From positions 343-64,342 of IMG/VR virus record IMGVR_UViG_2835052945_000005: 64,000 nt of DNA; one strand, 5' to 3'. Below the pieces are notes generated by a model, which was not told where the DNA came from, did no database searches, and saw only the letters and a list, made by a program, of their open reading frames with translations. This document shows, piece after piece, positions 36,626 to 46,061 of this stretch; the first letter of the stretch is position 1, and each line of letters begins with the position of its first letter. The position numbers and the translations under genes are program-made. Origin of the DNA: a virus. Its lineage: Duplodnaviria; Caudoviricetes.

Positions 36626-38959
36626 GTGGGCAGTAAAAAGAAAAAAACCACTGTCGGCTATAAATACAGTTGGGATATTCATGCAGGATTGGGGCGTGGA
36701 CCGGTTGATGAATTGGTTGCCATCACTGCTGACGAAAAAATCGTACTGGCGACAACAGCACAGCAGATCACGGTTAACACAACGGTCTACATCAATAAAC
36801 CATCGCTGTTCGGCGGCACGGATGTCAGCGGCGAGGGGGGCGTGCAGGGTTGGCTTGAAGTCTACTTCGGTGAGGCGGACCAGGTGCCCACAGACCGTCT
36901 CAAGAGCCTCCTGACCGGCTTGGTTCCCGGTTTCCGAGGCATCGTGTCCACGTTGTTCAGCGGGCTGGTCGGTGCCTACAGCGCCAGCCCCAAACCCTGG
37001 AAGTATCGCGTTCGGCGTGCGTTGAAGGGGTGGGATAATGGCGTGGTCTGGTACCCGGAAAAAGCCAGGATTATCCTGCGAAACGATACAGCGCAAATCG
37101 AATCGGACGATATTACTGCAGGATGGGACAGCTCCATGCCAGCCATTGTTCTGGCGATTCTGGACAATCAAGGGATCAAGCCTACTGTGCCAGGTTCAGA
37201 GGACGTACCGAATATCATCGATAATCTGAAAAACATTTACGCCATGAATCCCGCTCATATTCTTGTGCAGGCAGCCATCAGCAGGGATTGGGGGCGAGGG
37301 TTATCGCTGCAAGATGATTTGGATCTGGATGCCTATCAGAAGATGGCGGATACCTTATATGAGGAAGGTTTCGGGCTATGTTTCCGTTATAACCGGCAGT
37401 CCAATCTGGACGATTTTATTCAGCAGATTCTCGATCATATCGGCGGTGTGCAATATGCGGATCTGAATACTGGAAAATTGACCGCCAAATTAATTCGTAA
37501 CGATTATAACGTCGATGATTTGCCATTATTTACCTATAACAACGGTATTCTCAGCGTACAGGATGACGATAGCTCCGCAGCGGATAATGCGCCGAATGAA
37601 ATCATCGTCACCTTTCACGACCCGGTCACCAATACCGACTCGACGGTTCGCGCCCAGAATCTGGGGGCTGTTCAGGCCGCTGGACTGATCAGCAAAACGG
37701 CAGATTATCCGGCCATCCCCACCCATAAATTGGCTGGACAAGTCGCCCAGCGCGATCTGGAAGCAGGCGCATCGGGATTGGCCAGGTTGAAGCTAATAAT
37801 GGATCGGCGCGGAAGCGAACTGACGCCAGCGGGCGTCTTTCGCATTTCGCTGGCTGACAGGAATATAGAGAACATGGTGGTGCGCGTCGGCAACATGAAA
37901 GAGCAGGACGATGGCTCGTTACTGGTCACCGTGGTGCAGGATGTGTTCGGCCTGGCTGCGTCAACTTATAGCAGTGGCCAGCCGCAAAGCAGTTGGACGC
38001 CCCCCTCACTAATCCCGCGCCCGGTGACGCAGCAGCGGCTGATGGAAATCCCCTATACCGTCCTGGCATCCGAACTGAGTACAGCGGATCTGAACGTACT
38101 GTCGGATGAAACCTGCGTTGTGGGTATCATGGCCACCGCACCAACGTCCACGGCCATCAACTACGGTATTCAGTCCCGTGCTGGCATCGCCGACTATGCC
38201 GACCGGGGAACGGGCGACTGGACACCGGTTAGTCTGCTGCTGGCCGACGTTGGCCGCCAGGGCGACGTGTTCAGCGTGTCGTTTGACAGCGTGATGTTTG
38301 ACGTGGGCGATGCGTTGCTGATTGACGACGAGATCGTGCGTATTGACGCTATCGATGCGGCCAACGGCACGCTCACAGTCGGTCGCGCCTGCGCCGACAC
38401 CGTTCCGCAGAAACATAATGGCGGCGCGATTATCTGGTTCTATGACGGCTGGCTGGAGAGCGACAACGTGGATTATCTGCCGGGTGAAACCATTAGCATC
38501 CGGCTACTGACCACAACAGCCAACGGGCCGTTGGACGCAGCACTGGCCACAGTGCAAACGCTGACGCTCAATCAACGCCAGGCGCGGCCATACCCCCCCG
38601 GTAATGTTCGCATTAATGGTGTCGCCACACTGTATATCATCGCCAGCGTAGCATTCACGCTGACGTGGGCGCATCGCGACCGCGTGGTGCAAGGCAATAA
38701 CCTGGTCAGCCACGACGAGGGCAACGTAGGCCCGGAGGCCAGCACGGAGTATGTCATCCGTCTATATAAAGGTTCAACGTTGGTGCGCGAGGAGCGAATC
38801 GCTGGCACCGAGTGGATCTATCCCAACCAACCCGATCCGGATGACACGACCGGCAGCACGATGATTTGGGAAGATATCGACCGCATCACGCTATACAGCG
38901 AACGTGACGGGCTGGAGAGTTTGTGGGGATATGAATTTACGGTTGTATCAGGAGGATAG
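36626..38959 (+). CDS. Central tail hub/tip protein
   Basis: 777 aa; VGYKYSWDIHAGLGRGPVD...MNPAHIL...C-terminal TWAHRDR domain. Confidence 0.8.
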   Translation: MGSKKKKTTVGYKYSWDIHAGLGRGPVDELVAITADEKIVLATTAQQITVNTTVYINKPSLFGGTDVSGEGGVQGWLEVYFGEADQVPTDRLKSLLTGLVPGFRGIVSTLFSGLVGAYSASPKPWKYRVRRALKGWDNGVVWYPEKARIILRNDTAQIESDDITAGWDSSMPAIVLAILDNQGIKPTVPGSEDVPNIIDNLKNIYAMNPAHILVQAAISRDWGRGLSLQDDLDLDAYQKMADTLYEEGFGLCFRYNRQSNLDDFIQQILDHIGGVQYADLNTGKLTAKLIRNDYNVDDLPLFTYNNGILSVQDDDSSAADNAPNEIIVTFHDPVTNTDSTVRAQNLGAVQAAGLISKTADYPAIPTHKLAGQVAQRDLEAGASGLARLKLIMDRRGSELTPAGVFRISLADRNIENMVVRVGNMKEQDDGSLLVTVVQDVFGLAASTYSSGQPQSSWTPPSLIPRPVTQQRLMEIPYTVLASELSTADLNVLSDETCVVGIMATAPTSTAINYGIQSRAGIADYADRGTGDWTPVSLLLADVGRQGDVFSVSFDSVMFDVGDALLIDDEIVRIDAIDAANGTLTVGRACADTVPQKHNGGAIIWFYDGWLESDNVDYLPGETISIRLLTTTANGPLDAALATVQTLTLNQRQARPYPPGNVRINGVATLYIIASVAFTLTWAHRDRVVQGNNLVSHDEGNVGPEASTEYVIRLYKGSTLVREERIAGTEWIYPNQPDPDDTTGSTMIWEDIDRITLYSERDGLESLWGYEFTVVSGG

Positions 38960-38963
38960 TTTC

Positions 38964-39152
38964 ATGAAGTTTTATCAATTTCCACCTTATGGCGTTAACG
39001 GCTCTGCGGTATCAGTTTGTCTGGAGCGCATCACCCATTACTACCGCATCAATTACAACGGAAACAGCGGTACGGTATTGGTGCTGGATACCGGCAAAGA
39101 GGTCAGCACTTCTATGAGGGAAGGAGATGTAAGAAAACTGCTGGAGGAGTGA
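38964..39152 (+). CDS. Hypothetical 62-aa protein, last gene of the transposable phage
   Basis: Strong RBS AGGAGG; ATG 38964. Confidence 0.7.
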   Translation: MKFYQFPPYGVNGSAVSVCLERITHYYRINYNGNSGTVLVLDTGKEVSTSMREGDVRKLLEE

Positions 39153-39214
39153 AACAGAAAAAATGCATGTTTTTTGTAATTCTGTTTCACATACTGCAAA
39201 GAAATCCAGCATCA

Positions 39215-39256
39215 TTTATCGCGCTTTTTGTGGCGCATTTATCGCACGGCGCATCA
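39215..39256 (-). repeat. Right end: transposase-binding repeats
   Basis: Reverse complement reads TGAT-N5-GTGCGATAAA; GATAAA at end positions 14 and 37, as at the left end. Confidence 0.78.
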
Positions 39257-39262
39257 GGTTAC
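39257..39262 (+). repeat. Target-site duplication, right copy (GGTTAC)
   Basis: Follows terminal CA. Confidence 0.92.
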
Positions 39263-41072
39263 TCCGCCGTGCTGGGGCGTGATTATCGGCGATAGCGAAT
39301 CACGAAATCGTATTTACTCCGCCATTCTGCGCATTACTAATCCTGAGTGGTGGGGGCGTAAGCTGTGGCGTTTACGCTGTGAATGGCGGGAAAACCAATT
39401 CCGCGCTATTGGCGTGATCCATAAAAAGCGTATGCCGTATGTCAGCATCGACGCGCTGAACCAGTGGCAAGAGCAGCGCCGCAAAAACCGCGCATTTTTC
39501 CAAGCTCATGAATTGGTTGATGAGGATGGCAACATCGCATCACTGGAAAATATGGTGTATGCCAGCATCAGCAATCCGGTTATTCGTCGGCATGAGCTAA
39601 TGACACGCATGGCGGGCGTTGAAATGGTTGCTATTTCGCGCAGTGATGAGGGGATTTTTCTTACTATTACCTGCCCGTCCCGCTATCACGCCACCATTCA
39701 GAGCGGCCATCAAAATCCCAAGTGGGATACCTCATCCCCTCGCCAGGGACAACGCTACTTATGCAAAACTTGGGCTAAGGCTATGTCGGCACTCAACCGT
39801 CGCGGCCTGCGGCCCTATGGTTTTCGTGTGGCCGAACCGCATCACGACGCTACACCGCACTGGCATGTTTTGCTGTTTATGCCGCCAGAAGACAGAAAAG
39901 AAATTACCAGCATTTTGCGTGAATACTTCATTGCCGAAGACCGTGCGGAGTTGGGCCGCAATACCGGCGCCCGTTTCAAAGCGAAGAAGCTCGATCCGAA
40001 AAAGGGCAGCGCTACGGCATACGTGGCGAAATACATCAGCAAAAACATTGATGGTTACGCGCTCGATGGGGAGCTTGACGGAGAAACCGGAAAACCCCTG
40101 CGCGAGACGGCTAAGTTTGCGATGGCGTGGGCGTCTCAGCATAACATTCGCCAGTTTCAACCGTTCGGCCTGCCGCCGGTCACGGTATGGCGCGAACTGC
40201 GCCGACTGGCGAACCAGCTTACTGCGATGCAGAAAGAAGCCGGAACATTTAAACGCGGTGCCGCCCAGCTTGCCGATCCCGCAATGGATGCCGTGTTAGC
40301 GTCTGCCGATGCCGGATGTTTTGCCACTTATATTGAAAAACAAGGCGGCGTGCTGATCCCCCGTGAACGTTACACCGTGCGCATCGCCTACGAGGATGCG
40401 CAAGAGCAAAACGAATACGGCGAGACTCCAGAAAAAATCTTTGGTGTTTTCTCCCCGCGTTTGGGCGAGCTATCCCGCATTTGCACCCGTCTTATCAAAT
40501 GGAAGATCCGCAAAAAACAGGCATCAGACGCAGCCGCTAATGATAGCGCTGGGCGTGGTTTGGCCGTTACGCCGCCCACCGGCGGCGCTTGGAGTTCTGT
40601 CAATAACTCTACGGTAGACGAAAAAACAAACACTTCCGAGCCAACCGATAGAGAGATTGACGGTACGTCTGAACAAGAAAGCATCGACTTTGAGCACATG
40701 ACAGACACGGAACGGCGTGGATTGCTTAACCGTCTTAGATCGCAGCCACCGGATCAGCGACATAACAAACACTCGTCCACAACTCATCCCGTTAAAGCGA
40801 ATGAAAAACAGCCGGTTATCAAACTGTCGGACGACTGGCGCACAAGAGTTGCCGATTTCGCCCGGTCGTTGGGCTGGTATATCAGCAGCGGAGAGATTCA
40901 GCGCCTGGCTATGGGGTTTGCGATCACCTTTTCCGGGCAGTCTTACGTTGCGCGGCCTGATGGGTGCCTGTACTGCGCGTCAGTGAAAGGCAGGGAATCG
41001 GGAAATCAGGATAAAGCGGCGGCGTTATTACGGCGCGTCGCTGCGCTACGGGAGTTAGCGGCACAGTTATAG
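39263..41072 (+). pseudogene. A: P2-like replication initiator A, C-terminal fragment with HUH and catalytic Tyr motifs
   Basis: FLTITCPSRYH, EPHHDATPHWH, YVAKYISKNIDG. Confidence 0.92.
40584..40612 (+). other. P2-type rolling-circle origin within A
   Basis: GCGCTTGGAGTTCTGTCAATAACTCTACG resembles the P2 ori as recalled (GCGCCTCG/GAGTCCTGTCAATAAC). Confidence 0.7.
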
Positions 41073-41164
41073 CTGGTTGTGTTGGCCATACCTGGGAACA
41101 CAGACAGAAATGACATTACTTCAGCAAAGATAAAAACAGCTATGTGGTACCGAAAGGGGGAAAT

Positions 41165-41869
41165 ATGGGGTATTTGGGGAGCAAGGCGGCGTCCGGCGCG
41201 TATCAGAAAATTATCGCTAACATGCCGCCGCATGATGTGTACGTTGAAACTCATCTGGGTGGTGGCGCCGTCATGCTGAATAAGCCGCCCGCGAGGTTAA
41301 ATATTGGGATTGATATTGACCCGGATACCGTTGAGGCGTTTTGCCAGTTCAACCCTGAGTTTGTAGATCGGCTAGATACGCAGCTAAGAATCATGAATGA
41401 GGATGCCATTGATTTTTTGCAAAGCCACGACCTCGAATCAATGGGCCGTACTTTGATTTATGCAGACCCTTCCTATCTGCTGGAGACCAGAACCAGCCGC
41501 ACCCGCTATCGGCATGAATACACTGTTGATGACCATCGGGAGTTGATCGCTATTCTGCGGCAGGTTCCTTACAGCGTAATGATTTCCGGCTATCCGTCGT
41601 CGCTTTACGATGAGCTATTGTCTGGCTGGCGCTCTATTGAATTTCAGGTGATGACGCGCGGCGGGGCCAGGACAGAAAAACTATGGATGAACTATCCAGA
41701 AAACCCGGCCTACAGCGCGAAGTATGCCGGTAAAGATTACATTGATCGGCAGCGCATCAAGCGAAAAGCGGAAAGATGGGCGGCTAAGTACCGGGCTATG
41801 TCGCCAGCGGAACGGCTGGCGGTAATGACGGCTTTGTGTGAAATTGATGGCAGAGCACAAAATAATTAG
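41165..41869 (+). CDS. Small N6-adenine DNA methyltransferase, catalytic motif DPSY
   Basis: MGYLGSKAASG, YVETHLGGG, IGIDID, YADPSYL; RBS AAAGGGGG. Confidence 0.8.
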   Translation: MGYLGSKAASGAYQKIIANMPPHDVYVETHLGGGAVMLNKPPARLNIGIDIDPDTVEAFCQFNPEFVDRLDTQLRIMNEDAIDFLQSHDLESMGRTLIYADPSYLLETRTSRTRYRHEYTVDDHRELIAILRQVPYSVMISGYPSSLYDELLSGWRSIEFQVMTRGGARTEKLWMNYPENPAYSAKYAGKDYIDRQRIKRKAERWAAKYRAMSPAERLAVMTALCEIDGRAQNN

Positions 41870-41963
41870 ATTTATGATTAGATAGTCATTGATGGAATTA
41901 GATAAATATCTTATTATTATCTCATCCCAAGCGGATATGCTCTTTAAAAAACCGAGGAAGCTG

Positions 41964-42224
41964 ATGGTAAAGGTAATCTGGACAAGGAAAGCGTTGAAAC
42001 AACGTTCAACGATAGACCGAAGATATCAGGACACCATAAGTGAGAAAGTTGCCGAACTGAAGAACTTCCCCGCCGTCAAACTGGATATTACTACGCTGAA
42101 GGGTGAGGCGGGTAAATTCAGGCTACGGATTGGAGACTACAGGGTAATTTTTGAAATCATTAAAGGTGAGCCAGTTGTCTGTGAAGTTCAGGCGGTCAAG
42201 CGCAGAACATCAACAACTTACTAA
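41964..42224 (+). CDS. RelE/ParE-family toxin
   Basis: VKVIWTRKALKQ...FRLRIGDYRVIFEI; RBS GAGG; start trimmed to ATG 41964. Confidence 0.88.
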   Translation: MVKVIWTRKALKQRSTIDRRYQDTISEKVAELKNFPAVKLDITTLKGEAGKFRLRIGDYRVIFEIIKGEPVVCEVQAVKRRTSTTY

Positions 42225-42294
42225 TTATCAGGCGGGGTAACCCGCCAGTTTCCTTATGACATACACCGCGACTCACTGACACCCGGATGAAATT

Positions 42295-42663
42295 ATGTCA
42301 AAACTACAATTTATCAATGACGTGAACGGTAAACCACAGTTCGTGGTATTACCAATCAAAGAGTATGAAAAGATGTTGTCTGATAGCGATTCAGGCTATG
42401 AGGACATTCCTTATGTTGCTGATGAGCACGATAACGAAACTGTGCCTAACGACGTGGTAGAAATCATGTTCCGTGATGATGTTAGCCTGCTTGCTGCCTG
42501 GCGCATCCATCGTGGATTATCACAATACGATGTGGCCGAAAAGCTGGGTACAACACAATCAGCGGTTTCACAGTGGGAAGCGAAAGATTCCCGCCCGCAG
42601 AAAAAAACCCGCGAAAAACTGGCCGAACTTTATCACTGCCGTCCTGAGCAAATGACGCTTTGA
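42295..42663 (+). CDS. XRE-HTH antitoxin (HigA-like)
   Basis: GKPQFVVLPIKEYEKML N-terminus; LAAWRIHRGLSQYDVAEKLGTTQSAVSQWE; toxin-first order. Confidence 0.85.
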   Translation: MSKLQFINDVNGKPQFVVLPIKEYEKMLSDSDSGYEDIPYVADEHDNETVPNDVVEIMFRDDVSLLAAWRIHRGLSQYDVAEKLGTTQSAVSQWEAKDSRPQKKTREKLAELYHCRPEQMTL

Positions 42664-42677
42664 TGATGTTGCTACTG

Positions 42678-42701
42678 ACCCGCTCCGGCGGGTTTTCTTT
42701 T
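42678..42701 (+). terminator. Intrinsic terminator after TA operon
   Basis: ACCCGC-TCCG-GCGGGT then TTTCTTTT. Confidence 0.8.
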
Positions 42702-42835
42702 GCCTGAAAGCTACTGCAAAATTCTGCACAAATTTGCACAATTTTTTCACATCACCGAATCCCATCCCGCGCCAGTGCTGGCGCGGTTCTCCCTACCCTG
42801 AGATATTGCACAAAAAGAGGCATGTTTAGCGCGCA

Positions 42836-42854
42836 GGCGAGGCGGGGGAGCAAG
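42836..42854 (+). other. P2-type cos site
   Basis: GGCGAGGCGGGGGAGCAAG versus P2 cos GGCGAGGCGGGGAAAGCAC; between cargo and Q. Confidence 0.8.
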
Positions 42855-43130
42855 CGCGCGCTTTGGGGGCTAGGTAGGGGGTCTGATGCCTCCTAAATCG
42901 CTTGCTGGGAGGTGCGCACCGCATCGGTGCGTCAGTCGGATAGGTGTGTGAAAACTCGCCAGTGTGCCGCCTGTCGCGTCTGGTGTGGGAATAATGGGCT
43001 GCGGTAAATGGATCGTTGTGGCTATGCTCGATGCATAGCGTTTGGGGAGTTATCGGGGCGTTGGCCGGAATAGTCAGCCATGACTATGTTATCCTGATCG
43101 CCACGCCGCCGGGCAGCATGGCCGTGATGA

Positions 43131-44177
43131 TTATTTGTCTGTATCCAGCAGCGCGTAGGGGTTGAAGCGGATCACTTCCTCACCCAGCCATTCATTTACA
43201 TACTTCATCGCTTCCATGACCGGGGTAAGTTCATTGATGGCGAATACCTTTGCGGCCTTTTCAATATCACCAAATGAACCATTGCCTTCAGGAATGGCGC
43301 CCATCAGTTGAGGCGGCACGCGATGCGCAGCCAGAATGTCATCACGCGTTGCCGACTTAACGCCAATGAATTCATCCTTTGCCGATATCTGACTGAACGG
43401 CAGGATCTGCACAGAGTCTTTACCACCATTTGGCGCATGTAGCAGGATGTTTTTGAATGCCCCGCCCCGTCGCGTATCCGTCAGCGTCTTTTTTAATTTG
43501 CCCAGGCTCTCCTGATCGGCAATGGCGCTGTTGACGTAGACAATGCAGCCCGCATGACTGCCGTTGTCGTAGTACAGTTTGCGAAACATATCGGCAGAGT
43601 GCGACAGGTTGGCGGACAGCAGCCCCGCCAGATATTCAGGCATCCCGTAGATTTCCTGATGAATATCAGGATTGATAACGTGACAAACATCACCGGTTTT
43701 AAAAGAATAATCATCCAGCCCGGACTGAATAAACCAGTAGGTATCCAGATCGGAACCGCGCCGGGTGTACTTTGCCAGGACGTGACGTAACGATAGCGGG
43801 CCACCAAACACGTTCTTACGTAATTCAAGATAGGCATTGCCGAAAACCAGCCAGTCAAGCGCAAACGCAGAGAACATCTGGCGAGACAGCAAATTGTGAG
43901 GGATGAAACAACCGGCCAGCACATTGCGCTTGAATATCAGCGCCGACTGGTGCCAACTGGCATGACCGAATTGTCGCGCCAGACCGTACCAGTTGATCGG
44001 CGTCTCGTAGTACCGGCCATTGTCGGCGCAATACATCGAGTCCAGCAAGTCATAGGACGATGTGACCGGCCAGGGGCCGTCAAACGTAAACGTGTTCAGG
44101 CCGGGGAGTTTTTGTAGTTCTGCGGCCAGATCCGTCCCGGCTTGCCGCCGCGCACGCGGTGATTTTCGTCTGCTCAA
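43131..44177 (-). CDS. Q: Portal protein
   Basis: HQEIYGMPEY...YYDNGSHAG...AHRVPPQLMG. Confidence 0.93.
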   Translation of the reverse strand: MSRRKSPRARRQAGTDLAAELQKLPGLNTFTFDGPWPVTSSYDLLDSMYCADNGRYYETPINWYGLARQFGHASWHQSALIFKRNVLAGCFIPHNLLSRQMFSAFALDWLVFGNAYLELRKNVFGGPLSLRHVLAKYTRRGSDLDTYWFIQSGLDDYSFKTGDVCHVINPDIHQEIYGMPEYLAGLLSANLSHSADMFRKLYYDNGSHAGCIVYVNSAIADQESLGKLKKTLTDTRRGGAFKNILLHAPNGGKDSVQILPFSQISAKDEFIGVKSATRDDILAAHRVPPQLMGAIPEGNGSFGDIEKAAKVFAINELTPVMEAMKYVNEWLGEEVIRFNPYALLDTDK

Positions 44178-44178
44178 T

Positions 44179-45900
44179 TTAATACTCCATAACCGTCATT
44201 GTGCTGCCGCCGTCTTGCCCCAGCGGTTCGTTAATAATCGCGAGCATGGTCGCCCAGGCAAGATCGCCGTGGCTAACGCCTCGCGTGCGATCGGTGTCAT
44301 ACGTGATAACCCCGCCGGGGGTAACAATCTTGCGTACAGCGCTGAACGCCGTGATCAGGTCATACTCTCCCCTGTCATACTCCCAGCGCCCGCCCCGGAC
44401 TATCTGTTGCATTTTCAATACCAGCATCCGCTTGCTGGCTGGTGAGAACTGATAGCAGACTGCCGCCGGGAATCTTTTCTTTACCAGTTGGTAAACCGCC
44501 TCACCAATACCGCTGCCGTCAATACCAATGTGCTGAACGTTGTAGCGTGACAACATGCCGATAATCATGTTGGCCTGTTCTTCAAACTCCATGCCCCGGA
44601 TACGTAACGTTTCAATGGTGCGGAATTTGCCACCGCCGACCAACGGCGCTGCACTGACTGAAATAGCGCCGCTGTCACCTTTCCCGCTGGCGCCGTTGGG
44701 ATCGTAGCCAATCCATACCGGGCGATCGGCCATTGGCCGCATTGCATACGGTTTCCAGTCCGGCCAGTCGTCATAACCATCAGCGCCGCAGGTCAGCAGC
44801 ATGTTGTAGTCGAAAGCCGATTCGCCGTTTTTAATAAACTGGCAATCGTAAAGATTGTTGTATTCCTCCGGGCTGTTCTCCTGGCGGATTTCGTCAATAT
44901 CGGTGAGATCCCAGCCGTGATCGATGGCGTCCTGTAGCGTGACAATCTGCCGCCAAATGTTGTCGGGACACATCAGGCCGCAGTTGAGCGTCTTCCATGA
45001 GGTATCGAATTCAACGCGCTTTCCGTGCGTGCGCCCCTTGTTGAAGGCTTCCCCTGTCCAGAACGGATAAGCCTCATGACTTTCAGCCGAAGGGGTAGAA
45101 AAATAGGTACGCGTTAACCCTTTCAGGGTTGCCATTGCGCCCGCCACTTTTTTGAGGTTGGCGAACCGACCGACCCAAAAAAACTCATCAAAATACAGAT
45201 TGCCGGTGTAAGACTGCGCCGTCGCCGCTGAGGTGCCGAGAAAATGAAGTTCGCCACCGTTGGCAAGTTGGATCATGTCGCCGCCTTTCAACTCAACGTC
45301 AACCTCTTCCGCAGCAGAACGAATAAAGCTGCGAAACTGGTACGCCTGGCGACGGCTGGCCGACAGAAATATTTGGTTGCGCTGATGCTTGTACTTCACC
45401 TCATCAGTCAGCGCCCGTAATAACGCTTCGCGGGCGAAATACCAGGTCGCTCCAATCTGACGAGATTTAAGGATTGCCCGGTTACGGTGATGATGATTGT
45501 CGTACCAGCCCTGCTGATGCCAGTGCAGCGAACTAAGAATGTTTTCACGCAGTGCGGCGATCTGTGCCTCTGAAAAAAAATTCTGTTTCTTGCGGATCTT
45601 CTTTTTCGGTTGAGTGGCCGTAGTGCCGTTATCCAGCTTTTTCAACTGACGTGTCAGCAGGTCGATTTCTTTAAAGTCGCCGCCGGTCTTTTTTTCCTTG
45701 CCGGTCAGTTGCACCAGTCGCGCATCAATGGACGTAGTGATCCGTTGAATCGGCGGCGTTTCGTCCCATTCGTCGCGCTTTTTCCAGGCATAGACCGTAT
45801 TTTGGTTGATACCCATCAGACGCGAGATCTCCGCCGGGGGGTAGCCCTGCCAGTAAAGCTGTCTCGCCCGCTGCCTGATGAATGCTTCCTGAACCGTCAT
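44179..45900 (-). CDS. P: Terminase ATPase subunit
   Basis: LKSRQIGATWYF, LYFDEFFW, HGDLAWA. Confidence 0.93.
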   Translation of the reverse strand: MTVQEAFIRQRARQLYWQGYPPAEISRLMGINQNTVYAWKKRDEWDETPPIQRITTSIDARLVQLTGKEKKTGGDFKEIDLLTRQLKKLDNGTTATQPKKKIRKKQNFFSEAQIAALRENILSSLHWHQQGWYDNHHHRNRAILKSRQIGATWYFAREALLRALTDEVKYKHQRNQIFLSASRRQAYQFRSFIRSAAEEVDVELKGGDMIQLANGGELHFLGTSAATAQSYTGNLYFDEFFWVGRFANLKKVAGAMATLKGLTRTYFSTPSAESHEAYPFWTGEAFNKGRTHGKRVEFDTSWKTLNCGLMCPDNIWRQIVTLQDAIDHGWDLTDIDEIRQENSPEEYNNLYDCQFIKNGESAFDYNMLLTCGADGYDDWPDWKPYAMRPMADRPVWIGYDPNGASGKGDSGAISVSAAPLVGGGKFRTIETLRIRGMEFEEQANMIIGMLSRYNVQHIGIDGSGIGEAVYQLVKKRFPAAVCYQFSPASKRMLVLKMQQIVRGGRWEYDRGEYDLITAFSAVRKIVTPGGVITYDTDRTRGVSHGDLAWATMLAIINEPLGQDGGSTMTVMEY

Positions 45901-45967
45901 TGCCGTCCCCTCATTTACTGATGGGGAGGTTAACCCGCGCGCGCGGGTGTTTTCCTGCGGCTACGGT

Positions 45968-45985
45968 TGTCTGATTTCTCCTACA
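45968..45985. promoter_or_regulatory. Ogr-type activator site in P/O divergent promoter region
   Basis: TGT-N12-ACA (TTGTCTGATTTCTCCTACAA). Confidence 0.7.
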
Positions 45986-46061
45986 ACAACAAGGCGTTGA
46001 GGGGACAGCTACCGCCCTGCCATCATCATCGGGAACTCAACAAATTCGTGAGCAAGCAAAC

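Larger units (their letters stand above)
1916..39256. mobile_element. Transposable Mu/B3-like prophage (37,341 bp) with siphoviral tail, apparently complete
   Basis: TG...CA termini, 6-bp TSD, DDE transposase plus AAA ATPase, Mor-like activator, repressor/ner, Mu-type terminase, portal, F, G, I, gp36; leftward early operon as in B3/BcepMu-type genomes. Confidence 0.95.

Noticed and set aside
39194-39209. CTG-N10-CAG LexA-box-like sequence near the right end
   Set aside because: Matches only the minimal consensus, overlaps an end-associated repeat, and no convincing promoter lies with it
39228-41072. 614-aa ORF as an independent intact replication gene
   Set aside because: Its first 10 codons come from the transposable phage end and the TSD; it is the 3' part of the split A gene
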